This document shows, one piece after another, positions 10,942-21,678 of a stretch of 64,000 nt of DNA. Below the pieces are notes generated by a model. That model saw only the letters and a list, made by a program, of their open reading frames with translations, ran no database searches and was not told where the DNA came from. A program made the position numbers and the translations under genes. Within the stretch, counting starts at the first letter, position 1; the number at the start of each line of letters is the position of its first letter. This DNA is from Acholeplasmataceae bacterium (lineage in GTDB: Bacteria; Bacillota_I; Bacilli_A; Acholeplasmatales; Acholeplasmataceae), in assembly GCA_963675245.1 (NCBI GenBank), contig OY775910.1, positions 352,001-416,000 of the forward strand, written 5' to 3'.

Positions 10942-12186
10942 ATGAAAAATTTGAAAGGTGCAGCACTCCTAGGCCAATCTGGCGGACCTACATCGGTCAT
11001 TAATTCAAGTGCGGCTGGTGTTTTCCTAGAAGCACTTAAACAAGAACAAATTACAAATGTTTATGGCGCTGTCCACGGTATTAAAGGCATTTTAAACGAA
11101 GAGTTCTATGACATTGAACAAGAAGACGTTGAAGAACTCAAACGTTTAAAGAACACACCTTCTTCAGCAATCGGTAGTGTTCGTTACAAATTAAAGAATC
11201 CTAAAGTAGATGATTCTGAGTATCAAAGACTATTAGAAGTATTTAAGAAATATAATATTCGTTTCTTCTTCTACAACGGTGGAAATGATTCGATGGACAC
11301 ATGTAACAAAATTTCTAAATTCTTTAAAAAGAATGAATGGGATTGTAATGTCATGGGTGTACCAAAGACGATTGATAACGACTTAAATGTGACAGATCAC
11401 TCACCAGGTTATGGTAGTGCTGCTAAATATGTATCTACTTCACTTATGGAGCTGTATCATGACGCGACAGTTTATGATACAAAACAAGTCACTATCGTTG
11501 AAATTATGGGTCGTAATGCGGGTTGGTTAGTGGCTGCATCTGCACTTGCACAATATAAAGGACAAGGACCAGATCTTATTTATTTACCAGAATTACCATT
11601 CAATTTGGAAGAATTCCACACTGATTTAGCAAAAGTATTAGAAGAAAAAGGTAAAGCGATTGTTGCTGTTTCAGAAGGCATTAAAACAGCTGATGGTAAA
11701 TATATCCCTGAACTATTCCAAGAATTAAACAGAGATGCTTTCGGCCATGCACAACTTGGTGGTACTGCACAAGCATTAGCTGATGAAGTTAAACAAAAAT
11801 TTGGATGTAAAGTACGCGCAATTGAATTTTCACTCTTACAACGTTCTGCTGCTCACCTAGCGTCTAAAGTGGATGTTGAAGAAGCATTTAAAGCGGGTCA
11901 AAAAGCGGTTCAAGCAGCTGTACGTGGCACATCGGATAAAATGGTTGGATTCAAGCGTATTTCTTCAAACCCATATAAAATTAAGTATGCATTAATCCCA
12001 CTCGCGAAAGCGGCTAATACAGAACAAAAAGTACCACTTGAGTGGATCTTACCTCATGGTAAGGGTTTAACACAAGATTATGTGGATTATGCACTACCAC
12101 TTATTCAAGGTGAATCAAAAGCGAAACTCGAAGATGGTCTTCCAAGATTTGCTCAACTCAATAAAGTAAGAGTTACTAAAAAATAA
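10942..12186 (+). CDS. Phosphofructokinase, probably pyrophosphate-dependent
   Basis: GQSGGPT, GGNDSMD and PKTIDND (Asp/Lys PPi-type signature), EIMGR. Confidence 0.88.
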   Translation: MKNLKGAALLGQSGGPTSVINSSAAGVFLEALKQEQITNVYGAVHGIKGILNEEFYDIEQEDVEELKRLKNTPSSAIGSVRYKLKNPKVDDSEYQRLLEVFKKYNIRFFFYNGGNDSMDTCNKISKFFKKNEWDCNVMGVPKTIDNDLNVTDHSPGYGSAAKYVSTSLMELYHDATVYDTKQVTIVEIMGRNAGWLVAASALAQYKGQGPDLIYLPELPFNLEEFHTDLAKVLEEKGKAIVAVSEGIKTADGKYIPELFQELNRDAFGHAQLGGTAQALADEVKQKFGCKVRAIEFSLLQRSAAHLASKVDVEEAFKAGQKAVQAAVRGTSDKMVGFKRISSNPYKIKYALIPLAKAANTEQKVPLEWILPHGKGLTQDYVDYALPLIQGESKAKLEDGLPRFAQLNKVRVTKK

Positions 12187-12193
12187 CTGTCAT

Positions 12194-12260
12194 AAGATGT
12201 TAGCCTAGCTAGCATCTTTTTTTATGTAAAGAAAAAGGAGCGAATCAATATCGCTCCTTT
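12194..12260. terminator. Two back-to-back terminators for convergent genes
   Basis: AAGATGTTAGC-CTA-GCTAGCATCTT plus T-run (+ strand); AAAGGAGCGA-N7-TCGCTCCTTT (- strand). Confidence 0.7.
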
Positions 12261-12273
12261 AAGTTAATACATG

Positions 12274-15200
12274 TTATTCAGCATCTTTTAAGACTTGAAT
12301 TAATTCTGCACGATCGACGCGTTCACTTAGACTTTCATCTGTCCAACGTGGAACTAAGAATAATGGGTTTGAACTACCTGGATCAATTAAGTCATCAATG
12401 ATGAAGTAAAGTATTGTGTTATTGTTATTGAACAATGTATCAATTTCTCCATCTGTCTTACCTGTGACATCAGCAACCGTAATTCCAAGAACTTCAGTAA
12501 TATCATTAATATTCAGAATGACCATTGCATCGTAAACGCCAACGATTTCTTCTTCTTTCATATCTTTACCTGGATCTAGTGGATCATAAGTTGTTGATGG
12601 TTCTAATGCATCTGCATAAGATTCTAATGTCGCGATACCACTACTAATAAATCCAGTAGAGATGAGTCTATAAACTGTTAAGCTATCAAGGGCAATGAGA
12701 TCACCTAATACCGTTCTAGTAAATGATGAATCGTTAATGGTTCCAAATGATCCTAATTGAGCCGTATCATTGCCACCATTGATAATAATCATTGCTTCAA
12801 TCACATCAGTGACTTCAGTCGCTTCCATATAGTCAAGTGGGTCGTCATTCATATGAGCAGTACTTGGTTCATCAAGTGTCGCTGCAATATTATCAGACAA
12901 TAAATTATGAATGAGATATGAATCAAATGCTGAGAATAGATGTGTTGGATCTCCAAGACCAATGTAATCAAGCAACTTCAACTTGCCGACTGTAATCGTA
13001 CTTAATGCGAAACTGCCACTTAAATCATTGAATCCTAGGACTGTTGGTCCCATAGCGTCTAATAAAGCTTGGATTTCATCTGCTTCCATACGACTTGTTC
13101 CACTAGCAGATGTATATGCTTCTGGAACAGAAGTATCATCTACTGAAAGTGCCGTTTCAATTTGTTCTGTCATTAAATTATGAATGATATAGGACTCATA
13201 ATCAGTTGATAAACCTACTAAGATACCTGTACCTAATCCTAAGTAATGTAGGTCTTGTAGATCTGATAGACCTACGGTTGTAATTGAAACTGGTGAACCA
13301 AAGTCTAATATACCAATAACGTCCATTGATTGAATCAATGCTTCAACTTCTAATGGTTTCATCCAATAATTACCTTCAACACTTAAATCATATGCTTCAG
13401 GAATGGTCAATTGGTCAACTGTTAATGCTGATTCAATTTGACTGGATACCATCTTGTGGATGATGTATGATTCATAATCGGTTGTGTAGGTACCTACTAA
13501 TCCTGTACCTAAGCCTAAATAATGAATGTTAAGTAAATCCGCTTTGCTTGTTGAACTGACTGAGAAGCCAGAACTGAAATTAATATCTAAAACATCTGGA
13601 CTCATCGCGATAATAAGTGCTTCGACTTCTAATGGTTTCATCCATGTATTACCTAATGTCGCGTCAACATAATACGCTTCAGGTAAATTGCCTTGATTCA
13701 CATTAAGTGTTAAATCAGCTTCAATTTGATCGGTAATCATCTTATGAATGATATATGAATCTAATTCATCTAGAGCAACAACATCTGGATCATCACCTAA
13801 ACCTAAATAGTGAACATCCATCAATACGCTACTATTAATAGTGCTGATTGAGAAACCGGTATTGAAATCAATATTCAATACAGTTGGTCCCATTGCAGTA
13901 ATCAATGCCTCAACTTCTTTTGCTTTCATCCAGTAATTTAGAGTTGTAGGCTCTTGGAAGTATGCTTCTGGAATTGTTAATTGGCTGACATTGAGTGTTG
14001 GATCCGATTCTATTTGTTCTGTAATGAGTTTATGTATAATATAAGATTCATAATCGGTTGTATATGTACCAACAAGTCCTGTACCTAAACCAAGATAATG
14101 AACATCCATTAAGACATCACTACTAATTGTACTGACTGAGAAACCAGTATTGAAATCAATATTGAGTACATCAGTGCCCATCGCGATGATGAGTGCTTCA
14201 ACCTCTTCTGGTGCCATCCATGTGTTGCCCAATGTTGGATCAACGTAATATGCTTCAGGAACGGTCAATTGATCTACACCGAGGTTAACATCATTTTCAA
14301 TTTGTTCTGTAATGAGTTTATGTATAATATAAGATTCATAATCGGTTGTATAAGTACCTACTAATCCTGTACCTAAACCTAAATAATGAACTTGCATGAG
14401 TTGAGTGCTTGTGACTGTACTAATAGAGAAACCCGTACTAAAGTTGATATTTAAAGCATCGGTACCCATCGCGATGATGAGTGCTTCTACTTCAAGAGGT
14501 TTCATCCATGTGTTACCTAATTTAGCATCAACATAATACGCTTCTGGAACAGTCGTTTCATCAACATTAAGTGTTAAATCCGCTTCAATTTGCTCTGTGA
14601 TTAACTTATGAATGATATAAGAGTCATAATCTGTTGTATACGTACCTACGAGTCCTGTACCTAAACCTAAATAATGAACTTGCATAAGTTGATCGCTTGT
14701 GACTGTGCTGATCGAGAAACCTGTATTGAAATCAATATTTAACACGTCTGTTCCCATCGCGATGATGAGTGCTTCTACTTCAAGTGGGTCCATCCAAGTG
14801 TTGCCTAATTTAGCATCAACATAATACGCTTCTGGAACAGTAACTTGATCCACATTAAGCGTTAGGTCCGCTTCAATTTGCTCTGTGATTAACTTATGAA
14901 TGATATAAGACTTATAATCTGTTGTATACGTGCCCACTAAACCTGCACCTAAACCTAGATAATGAACTTGCATAAGTTGATCGCTTGTGACAGAACTAAT
15001 GGAGAAACCTGTACTAAAGTTGATATTTAAAACATCGGTTCCCATCGCGATGATGAGTGCTTCTACTTCAAGTGGGTCCATCCACGTGTTACCCAATTTA
15101 GCATCAACATAATACGCTTCTGGGACAGTCGTCTCATCAACATTTAGTGTTAAATCAGCTTCAATTTGTTCTGTAATTAATTTATGAATAATATAAGAGT

Positions 15201-18200
15201 CATAATCTGTCGTATAAGTACCAACTAAACCTGCACCCAAACCTAAATAATGAACCTTCATGAGTTGATCGCTTGTGACTGCATTAATAGTAAAACCGGT
15301 ATTGAAGTCAATATTAAGAACATCCGGACCCATCGCGATAATAAGTGCTTCTACTTCTAATGGTTCCATCCAATCATTTAATGTTATTGAATTTTCGAAA
15401 TACGCCTCAGGTACAGTTGTTTGATCGACATTTAATGTCGCGTCAGCTTCGATTTGTTCTGTAATTAATTTATGAATAATATAAGAGTCTAGTTCCTCTG
15501 TGCCGGAAGCATTAGGATCATCTCCCAAGCCGAGATAATGAACTTTCAATAAATCTGTGCTTGTGACGCTACTCATAGAAAAACCAAGATTAAAATCAAT
15601 ACCTAATTCATCCATGGTTTGTATTAACGCTTGGATTTCATCTGCATTTAATCTAGTATAACCAGAATCATCATTATATGCTTCAGGTAACGTTAATTGA
15701 TTGACATTAAGTGTCGCATCTTTTTCAATCTGATCGGTAATCAGGTAATGAATAATATATGAATCATAATCATAACCAGCAACACCAACCTGATCTTCAC
15801 CTAAACCTAAATCATGTAAATTTTGTAATTCATTAACCGTCACGCTTGTAATAGCAAACGATTCAGAAAGTGATGTAATATTCAACACTTCTGCGCTCAT
15901 CGTAACAACCAATGCACGCATTTCATCTGTCTTCAAGCGTACAACCGTTGGATATGAAGCGATTGTTTCATATGCTTCAGGTAATGATACATTATCAATT
16001 GGCACAGCAACTACATTATTAAGTGCAGTAACGACTTGATCTGAGATCATCTGATTGATAATCTTAGATTCTGCATTTATAACACTCATGATTTGATCAT
16101 TTGTTATGGTATCAATTTGAAGATCTGTTGGATCTGTTTCTGGAGGTAATGTATTGACCGCTACAAATAATTTATGAATTTCATCTTTTGTTATCATACC
16201 AGCATAATCACCAGTCAATGCGAACGCATCAGCAGGGATAGTTAATGACGCTTGACCACTAATGGCGAGATTAAGAACAGCATATAAATACTCGGATTTA
16301 AGTAGTGCTTCATCATCAATTGATTTAATTGTATTTAAACCTAAGTCAATGTCATCAAAATTATCTGAAATGCCTAATTCTTTTAACCCATTAAAGATAT
16401 AGAATATTTCATCTTTAGATAATCTTTCGCTACCACCAGCTGGTGTATATAATGCTGGTGCAGGTATATCGAAATCGGCAGAATTAAATAGTGGGGTTGC
16501 TGAATCTGTTCCAGCAATCGTATCAATAATAAAATCATCAAGAAGAAGTTGTGAAATCATTGACTGCAAGAATTTACTGTCTACAAATTGATAGAAATCA
16601 TTATCTCTATCCTCAAGTGGGTCAGCACTTTCAGGAATATAAGAGGTCACTTCAAATAACCCTAATAATGATCCAATACCCGGATTTTCAATATCGATCA
16701 TACTAAATGAAATCATGATACTTCTCAATTCATTTCTAGAAATACGATTGACTTCTAGTTGATCAATTAAGTCTGCATCTGCATCTGCTTGACTACCTTT
16801 AGCATCAATCGGAACTGTAACATCTAATGTCATATCACCGAATGAACCAGCGAGTTGTTCCCCAATATAGTTACTAAAACCATCAAAACCTATAAGAGAC
16901 GCTAATATAAAGTATATGAAGTCAGAATCAATAAAGGTTGTAAAATCATCTGGAGATTCTACAGGGCTTACTAAACTTGTAAATGTATTAATACCGATAT
17001 CTTCCATATCTACTAATGAGATAGAAGTGAAAACTTTTCTAAATTCTGCTTTTGGTAAACGACCAACTTCAATCTGATCAATATTACCTAAATCAGCATC
17101 TGATTGTTGGCCTAACATCTCTACTGGTAGTGTTAAATCAAGTGTCGACATATCAATACCAAGTGATGGTCCAAGTTGATCAGAGATCAGGTTTGTTACT
17201 GCAGGATCCTGTAAGATGCCATCAATCACTGAATAGATATATCCAGAGCTTAAGAAACGATCAAAATCATCATGACCTGTTGTTACATCAATGTTTCTAT
17301 CAAACATTTCTGTAAACATATCTAGCCCAATGTCTTCAAAATTACTTAATTGCATCGCTTTTAACATCAACAAAATATTGGTTGCCTCTTCTGTAACTAA
17401 GACATCCGTTGGTGCATAAGCAGCATCCAATAAAAGTGGGTCCATACCAAATATCGTCGCATCCACAGTAAATAAATCTTGTGCATCATTAATCGTGTCA
17501 GCTAATCCTTGTTGGAAAAGAGGATCAGTAATTAAGTCACTGATAATACCATGAATAAGTGATGAGCTCATGAGTGCATCAATAGACGCATCATCTGTTT
17601 GATTGAATGCTTGTAAGAAAACGCTGATATCGTTACCTCTTAATTCTCCAATCGTCGTAAAGCCCATCGTTTGATTCATATCATCAAGGAGTGTGGCCAC
17701 ACCATTGATTAAATCCGTAAATGCACCCGCTTCTAATACACCGTTCGCATTCACTAAATGCGCCGGTGTAGCAAGTACATGTCCAAAGAGTGAATCAGAT
17801 AAAGATGCACCTTGACTATCAATTAAGTTAGTGACAGATGCGCGTAAAATCAATGAATTATCTAAATTTCCAAATGCAGCGTTTGCTTCAGTAACATCTG
17901 CAAACTTCGTGATGACTTCAATTGGTAAACCTGATGCCACTGCCATATAAGACTGTACACCAGAAGCACTTAAGGTCACACCATCGACTTCACCTATTGA
18001 TGTAGCTATATCAAATACTGCACCAATTAATGCGCTAATTTCTGTATCCCATGCTGTATTTTCAATTTGATCAGAGCCGATAGGTAGAGAATCAGGAATG
18101 GTTAAATATTCCGATAATGAACCTTCATTAGCGAGTTTTTGTAGTTGATTAACAATGTTATAGAATATTAAATCCGAACGATCATCAGTACTTGTTAAGA

Positions 18201-20688
18201 AATCTTTGATCGTTGGTAAGAATCCTGTTAAATCAATATCTTCATATCCACCATCAACACCGACAGTGTGATTGGCAGATAAATAAGCAGCAGCATCATG
18301 AGCAAAATCAATAATCGTGCCTATATCATCGCTTAACAACATATCTGATGGTGTATAGACAGTATCGGTCATATCAAGATAACTGATGATATTTCCAAAT
18401 ACAGTTTCATCTACTTTTGTGAGTATTTGAAGACTTGTGAGCGCTGTTCTAAACGCTGTGTAGTCATCTGGTAACATATCACCAAATGCTGAAACAAGCG
18501 CAAGTTTATCATCAAGTGATGACTCACTAAAAGCACCTAAATCAGTAAACTTTATAACCTTGTTTAGTTCTTCTGCAACTGTAATGATGTTGTTAATTTC
18601 TTGACCAATATTGAAATCAAAATCTTCATTCGCATCGAGTAAAACACCTTGAACAATCGTTTTTAGTCCATCATCAGCAATCATGTTATCAATCGCGAAT
18701 GGTGCAACCATTTCTAATGCACTACCCACTAAGTCACTGCTTTCAAAGATAGCAGAGACAATCGCTTTAAGACTCGTAACATTATCTTCATCACCCATAA
18801 CCATATCTGCATATGCTAGCATATCTGGATCTTCTGCAAAGATTGTCTCAATACTCAGTTTCAATGCTTCATTATAGATATCACCGATATTTTCGATTTC
18901 ATGACCCCAGTCAATTTCAGCAAGGGAAATCGCGAGATCACCTGCTAATTCATCAGCAATCTGATCACCACCGACTAGGTATAAAGCAAAATCTACACCA
19001 ATTGGTAACCCATTAACAATAAGTTCCATATCTGCTAACTGGGTAAATAATGCCGTAACAAACGTTTCAGTTTGTGCAGCTATAATCTCTTCAATGTTAC
19101 CACCGCTATTTAAAATGCCTACTAAGTCAACGGTTGAATCTGTTAGAACTAATTCTAATAAATCAGCAATTTTGCTAATTTGTCCATCTTCACCAATGAA
19201 GAATGATGGACCATCATGATATAAATTATCTGGATCTTGGTCTTCATCATAACCAAGAATAAAAGCAAGTTTTTCTCTTAAATATGCTTCAGGATCATCT
19301 GCCCACGCAATGCTTTGTTGCATTTCAGGTAACATAATCGCATATTCAATACCTAAGTTTAATGCAGCAAGCAAGTGTAGATTACCAACCGCACGAATGA
19401 CATCAATTAAAGCTGTAATTTGATCAGCATCTAAATTTGCAAGTGCACTTGGATCATCCATAAGTGCGATTATTTCAGCAGGAGACATAAAATCACTTAA
19501 TGCGCCAACCAAAGCAGCAACGCGATTAAATTCTTCTTGCCAATTAGTATCCACTAAATATTGAAGTGTCGCTTGTAGTGTATCGCTTGTCCAATCAATA
19601 TCTGCTAACGGTCCTGTAGTGACCAGTGTTGGAATAAGTTCTGGTGCTTTTTCAAGTCCAGAAGTGAGTAAATAACTAAGTAAATCGGATTTACCGATTG
19701 TTTGAATAATGAGTTGCGCATTGGCAATATCATTATCGTCAATGGTTGATAAGTCCGACCAATCGCGATCTAAATAACCATTGTTTAAAATAATAGATGC
19801 AACATCTATAATATTTTCTAGTTCTTGAATAAAATTGACGCTTGCATTTTGAATAGTAGGATCGTTGATGATTGGTGTAAACATAGAATCAAACACATAA
19901 CGATCAAAAGAGACACCGTTCACGGTAATCGCATTTGTTATTTGACCAAAGCCACCTGCATTCATCTCATCAATTTCTTGTAAGTATTTATCAATTTCAT
20001 CATATGGACTAGCTGTTTGACTACCATTTGATAACGTTGTCGCATCAGCAGGATCGCTTAATGTCGGAATTGATCCCGGGTCAAGTTTTCCAATAAAACT
20101 ACTAAAAACTAAAAGGGGAAGTAAAGCAACAAACGCGACTAAAACGCCACGTACACCACCAATTAACCCTCCTGAAAAGCGACTTAATAGACTAAGCTTA
20201 AGTTTTTTCTTTTTCTTGAACTTCTTATTGTTTCCCATTTCTTCATGTTCAAGTTCTAATGCCTCATTTTGTTTGGCAAGCATTCTTTTAAGAAAGATGT
20301 GTTTCCAAATAGGGCGGAAAATGATTAACGTTAGTAACCAACGAACAATAGGAAATAGTATCGCATATAAAATGATTTTAAACACTAAATCTAAAATCAT
20401 AAAAATAACTGGTGTAATAGCGGGATCTGCATAGTAGTTTCTAAAATCACTTAAGATGCCTCCAGCAAGACCGTTAGCCCAATCAATAATACCAACCATG
20501 CTTTCTTGCGTCGTGAAAAACCATGTGAGTGTAAATTGAGCAATCATCACAATCGTTAAGGTTGCTGTTACGACATAAGCAAGTAAAAACCAGGCAGATT
20601 TTGCGGTCCCCCTTTTCATTCCTAACAGGAAATGTATTAGTACAAAGAAACCCACAAGCATCCATTGCATTTGCAGCAAAGTTGGCAT
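12274..20688 (-). CDS. Giant (2804 aa) acidic membrane-anchored repeat protein with N-terminal CvpA-like TM region
   Basis: About 4 N-terminal TM segments (GMKRG..KS; LLSRFSGGLIGGVRG, CvpA-like), then a D/E/L/I-rich ectodomain with 96-aa tandem repeats; AAAGGTGG RBS. Confidence 0.85.
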   Translation of the reverse strand: MPTLLQMQWMLVGFFVLIHFLLGMKRGTAKSAWFLLAYVVTATLTIVMIAQFTLTWFFTTQESMVGIIDWANGLAGGILSDFRNYYADPAITPVIFMILDLVFKIILYAILFPIVRWLLTLIIFRPIWKHIFLKRMLAKQNEALELEHEEMGNNKKFKKKKKLKLSLLSRFSGGLIGGVRGVLVAFVALLPLLVFSSFIGKLDPGSIPTLSDPADATTLSNGSQTASPYDEIDKYLQEIDEMNAGGFGQITNAITVNGVSFDRYVFDSMFTPIINDPTIQNASVNFIQELENIIDVASIILNNGYLDRDWSDLSTIDDNDIANAQLIIQTIGKSDLLSYLLTSGLEKAPELIPTLVTTGPLADIDWTSDTLQATLQYLVDTNWQEEFNRVAALVGALSDFMSPAEIIALMDDPSALANLDADQITALIDVIRAVGNLHLLAALNLGIEYAIMLPEMQQSIAWADDPEAYLREKLAFILGYDEDQDPDNLYHDGPSFFIGEDGQISKIADLLELVLTDSTVDLVGILNSGGNIEEIIAAQTETFVTALFTQLADMELIVNGLPIGVDFALYLVGGDQIADELAGDLAISLAEIDWGHEIENIGDIYNEALKLSIETIFAEDPDMLAYADMVMGDEDNVTSLKAIVSAIFESSDLVGSALEMVAPFAIDNMIADDGLKTIVQGVLLDANEDFDFNIGQEINNIITVAEELNKVIKFTDLGAFSESSLDDKLALVSAFGDMLPDDYTAFRTALTSLQILTKVDETVFGNIISYLDMTDTVYTPSDMLLSDDIGTIIDFAHDAAAYLSANHTVGVDGGYEDIDLTGFLPTIKDFLTSTDDRSDLIFYNIVNQLQKLANEGSLSEYLTIPDSLPIGSDQIENTAWDTEISALIGAVFDIATSIGEVDGVTLSASGVQSYMAVASGLPIEVITKFADVTEANAAFGNLDNSLILRASVTNLIDSQGASLSDSLFGHVLATPAHLVNANGVLEAGAFTDLINGVATLLDDMNQTMGFTTIGELRGNDISVFLQAFNQTDDASIDALMSSSLIHGIISDLITDPLFQQGLADTINDAQDLFTVDATIFGMDPLLLDAAYAPTDVLVTEEATNILLMLKAMQLSNFEDIGLDMFTEMFDRNIDVTTGHDDFDRFLSSGYIYSVIDGILQDPAVTNLISDQLGPSLGIDMSTLDLTLPVEMLGQQSDADLGNIDQIEVGRLPKAEFRKVFTSISLVDMEDIGINTFTSLVSPVESPDDFTTFIDSDFIYFILASLIGFDGFSNYIGEQLAGSFGDMTLDVTVPIDAKGSQADADADLIDQLEVNRISRNELRSIMISFSMIDIENPGIGSLLGLFEVTSYIPESADPLEDRDNDFYQFVDSKFLQSMISQLLLDDFIIDTIAGTDSATPLFNSADFDIPAPALYTPAGGSERLSKDEIFYIFNGLKELGISDNFDDIDLGLNTIKSIDDEALLKSEYLYAVLNLAISGQASLTIPADAFALTGDYAGMITKDEIHKLFVAVNTLPPETDPTDLQIDTITNDQIMSVINAESKIINQMISDQVVTALNNVVAVPIDNVSLPEAYETIASYPTVVRLKTDEMRALVVTMSAEVLNITSLSESFAITSVTVNELQNLHDLGLGEDQVGVAGYDYDSYIIHYLITDQIEKDATLNVNQLTLPEAYNDDSGYTRLNADEIQALIQTMDELGIDFNLGFSMSSVTSTDLLKVHYLGLGDDPNASGTEELDSYIIHKLITEQIEADATLNVDQTTVPEAYFENSITLNDWMEPLEVEALIIAMGPDVLNIDFNTGFTINAVTSDQLMKVHYLGLGAGLVGTYTTDYDSYIIHKLITEQIEADLTLNVDETTVPEAYYVDAKLGNTWMDPLEVEALIIAMGTDVLNINFSTGFSISSVTSDQLMQVHYLGLGAGLVGTYTTDYKSYIIHKLITEQIEADLTLNVDQVTVPEAYYVDAKLGNTWMDPLEVEALIIAMGTDVLNIDFNTGFSISTVTSDQLMQVHYLGLGTGLVGTYTTDYDSYIIHKLITEQIEADLTLNVDETTVPEAYYVDAKLGNTWMKPLEVEALIIAMGTDALNINFSTGFSISTVTSTQLMQVHYLGLGTGLVGTYTTDYESYIIHKLITEQIENDVNLGVDQLTVPEAYYVDPTLGNTWMAPEEVEALIIAMGTDVLNIDFNTGFSVSTISSDVLMDVHYLGLGTGLVGTYTTDYESYIIHKLITEQIESDPTLNVSQLTIPEAYFQEPTTLNYWMKAKEVEALITAMGPTVLNIDFNTGFSISTINSSVLMDVHYLGLGDDPDVVALDELDSYIIHKMITDQIEADLTLNVNQGNLPEAYYVDATLGNTWMKPLEVEALIIAMSPDVLDINFSSGFSVSSTSKADLLNIHYLGLGTGLVGTYTTDYESYIIHKMVSSQIESALTVDQLTIPEAYDLSVEGNYWMKPLEVEALIQSMDVIGILDFGSPVSITTVGLSDLQDLHYLGLGTGILVGLSTDYESYIIHNLMTEQIETALSVDDTSVPEAYTSASGTSRMEADEIQALLDAMGPTVLGFNDLSGSFALSTITVGKLKLLDYIGLGDPTHLFSAFDSYLIHNLLSDNIAATLDEPSTAHMNDDPLDYMEATEVTDVIEAMIIINGGNDTAQLGSFGTINDSSFTRTVLGDLIALDSLTVYRLISTGFISSGIATLESYADALEPSTTYDPLDPGKDMKEEEIVGVYDAMVILNINDITEVLGITVADVTGKTDGEIDTLFNNNNTILYFIIDDLIDPGSSNPLFLVPRWTDESLSERVDRAELIQVLKDAE
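12880..16080 (-). repeat. Intragenic tandem repeat, 288-nt / 96-aa unit, about 11 copies plus degenerate flanks (boundaries approximate)
   Basis: SY[IL]IH occurs 11 times; DNA period is 288 nt (e.g. aagattcataatcggttg at 14043 and 14331). Confidence 0.92.
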
Positions 20689-20768
20689 AGTAGTCCCACC
20701 TTTCCACTACTTTTGTAAAACTAGTTTAATTTTATCAAATCTGATTATAAATCACAAACGATTGATTT

Positions 20769-21665
20769 CTATTTATTATCGTTTTTACGCGCAATAAACG
20801 GATTAACATGTACCATGCAGTGTATGACGTCTGGAAATTGTTTTTCAACACCAATGTGAACTGTTTCTGCGATCTGATGTGCTTTAACCAACGATAAATT
20901 TTGATCCACACCAATTTCAACATCCACATAATATTCTGTCATGTGTCTTCTGACTTTTAAATCATCGATGCTAAGTACACCATAAATATCTAAAATAGCA
21001 ACTCTAATATCATCAAGCAAATCCTTTACAGGTGCTTCATCTACTAAATAAGAAACAGCTTCAATCAAAATTTGAATCGCGAGTCTTAAGATGAATAATG
21101 CAACAATCAAGGCTGCAATCGCATCAAATATTACAAATCCAAATTGAGTGAGTATTAAACCGATTAATGTCGCACCCGTAGACCAACCATCAATAAAGTG
21201 GTTTTTAGCTTCTGCTTTTAAAGTTGGATTATGAAATGTTTTATTTAATTTGAAATAAAAATACGCTAAGAAAATCTTAATGGCAAGGGCGACTGCTGAA
21301 ATATAGACAGTAATCCGTAAAGGTGCACTAACAGACATATCATTTTTAATAATCGATGAAACAGCTTGATAACCTAGTAATATAGCAGTTATAAGAAAGA
21401 CAATCCCTAATGTGAAATAAAGAATACCTTCAAATTTTTGATGACCATAAGGGTGATTTTCATCTGGTTTTTTCGTAGCGATTCTAATCACGAAGAAAAT
21501 AATAATACTCATAAAGACATCAGAAAATGAATTATATCCATCACTGATTAGTGCTTGTGAACCACCATAATAACCAAAACCCAATTTAATACCAGCAAGC
21601 AAAATATTTAATGCTAAACCAATAAAAACGGCATTCATGATTTGTTTTCTGCTATCTTTTGTCAT
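20769..21665 (-). CDS. Cation diffusion facilitator family transporter
   Basis: ALISDGYNSFSD, KPDENHPYGHQKFE, C-terminal AHQIAE...VHVNP dimerisation domain. Confidence 0.93.
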   Translation of the reverse strand: MTKDSRKQIMNAVFIGLALNILLAGIKLGFGYYGGSQALISDGYNSFSDVFMSIIIFFVIRIATKKPDENHPYGHQKFEGILYFTLGIVFLITAILLGYQAVSSIIKNDMSVSAPLRITVYISAVALAIKIFLAYFYFKLNKTFHNPTLKAEAKNHFIDGWSTGATLIGLILTQFGFVIFDAIAALIVALFILRLAIQILIEAVSYLVDEAPVKDLLDDIRVAILDIYGVLSIDDLKVRRHMTEYYVDVEIGVDQNLSLVKAHQIAETVHIGVEKQFPDVIHCMVHVNPFIARKNDNK

Positions 21666-21678
21666 AATCGAAATCCTT

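Noticed and set aside
12880..16080. CRISPR array or DGR template/variable repeats
   Set aside because: The repeats are 288-nt in-frame coding units without unique spacers; there is no cas or reverse transcriptase gene in the window.
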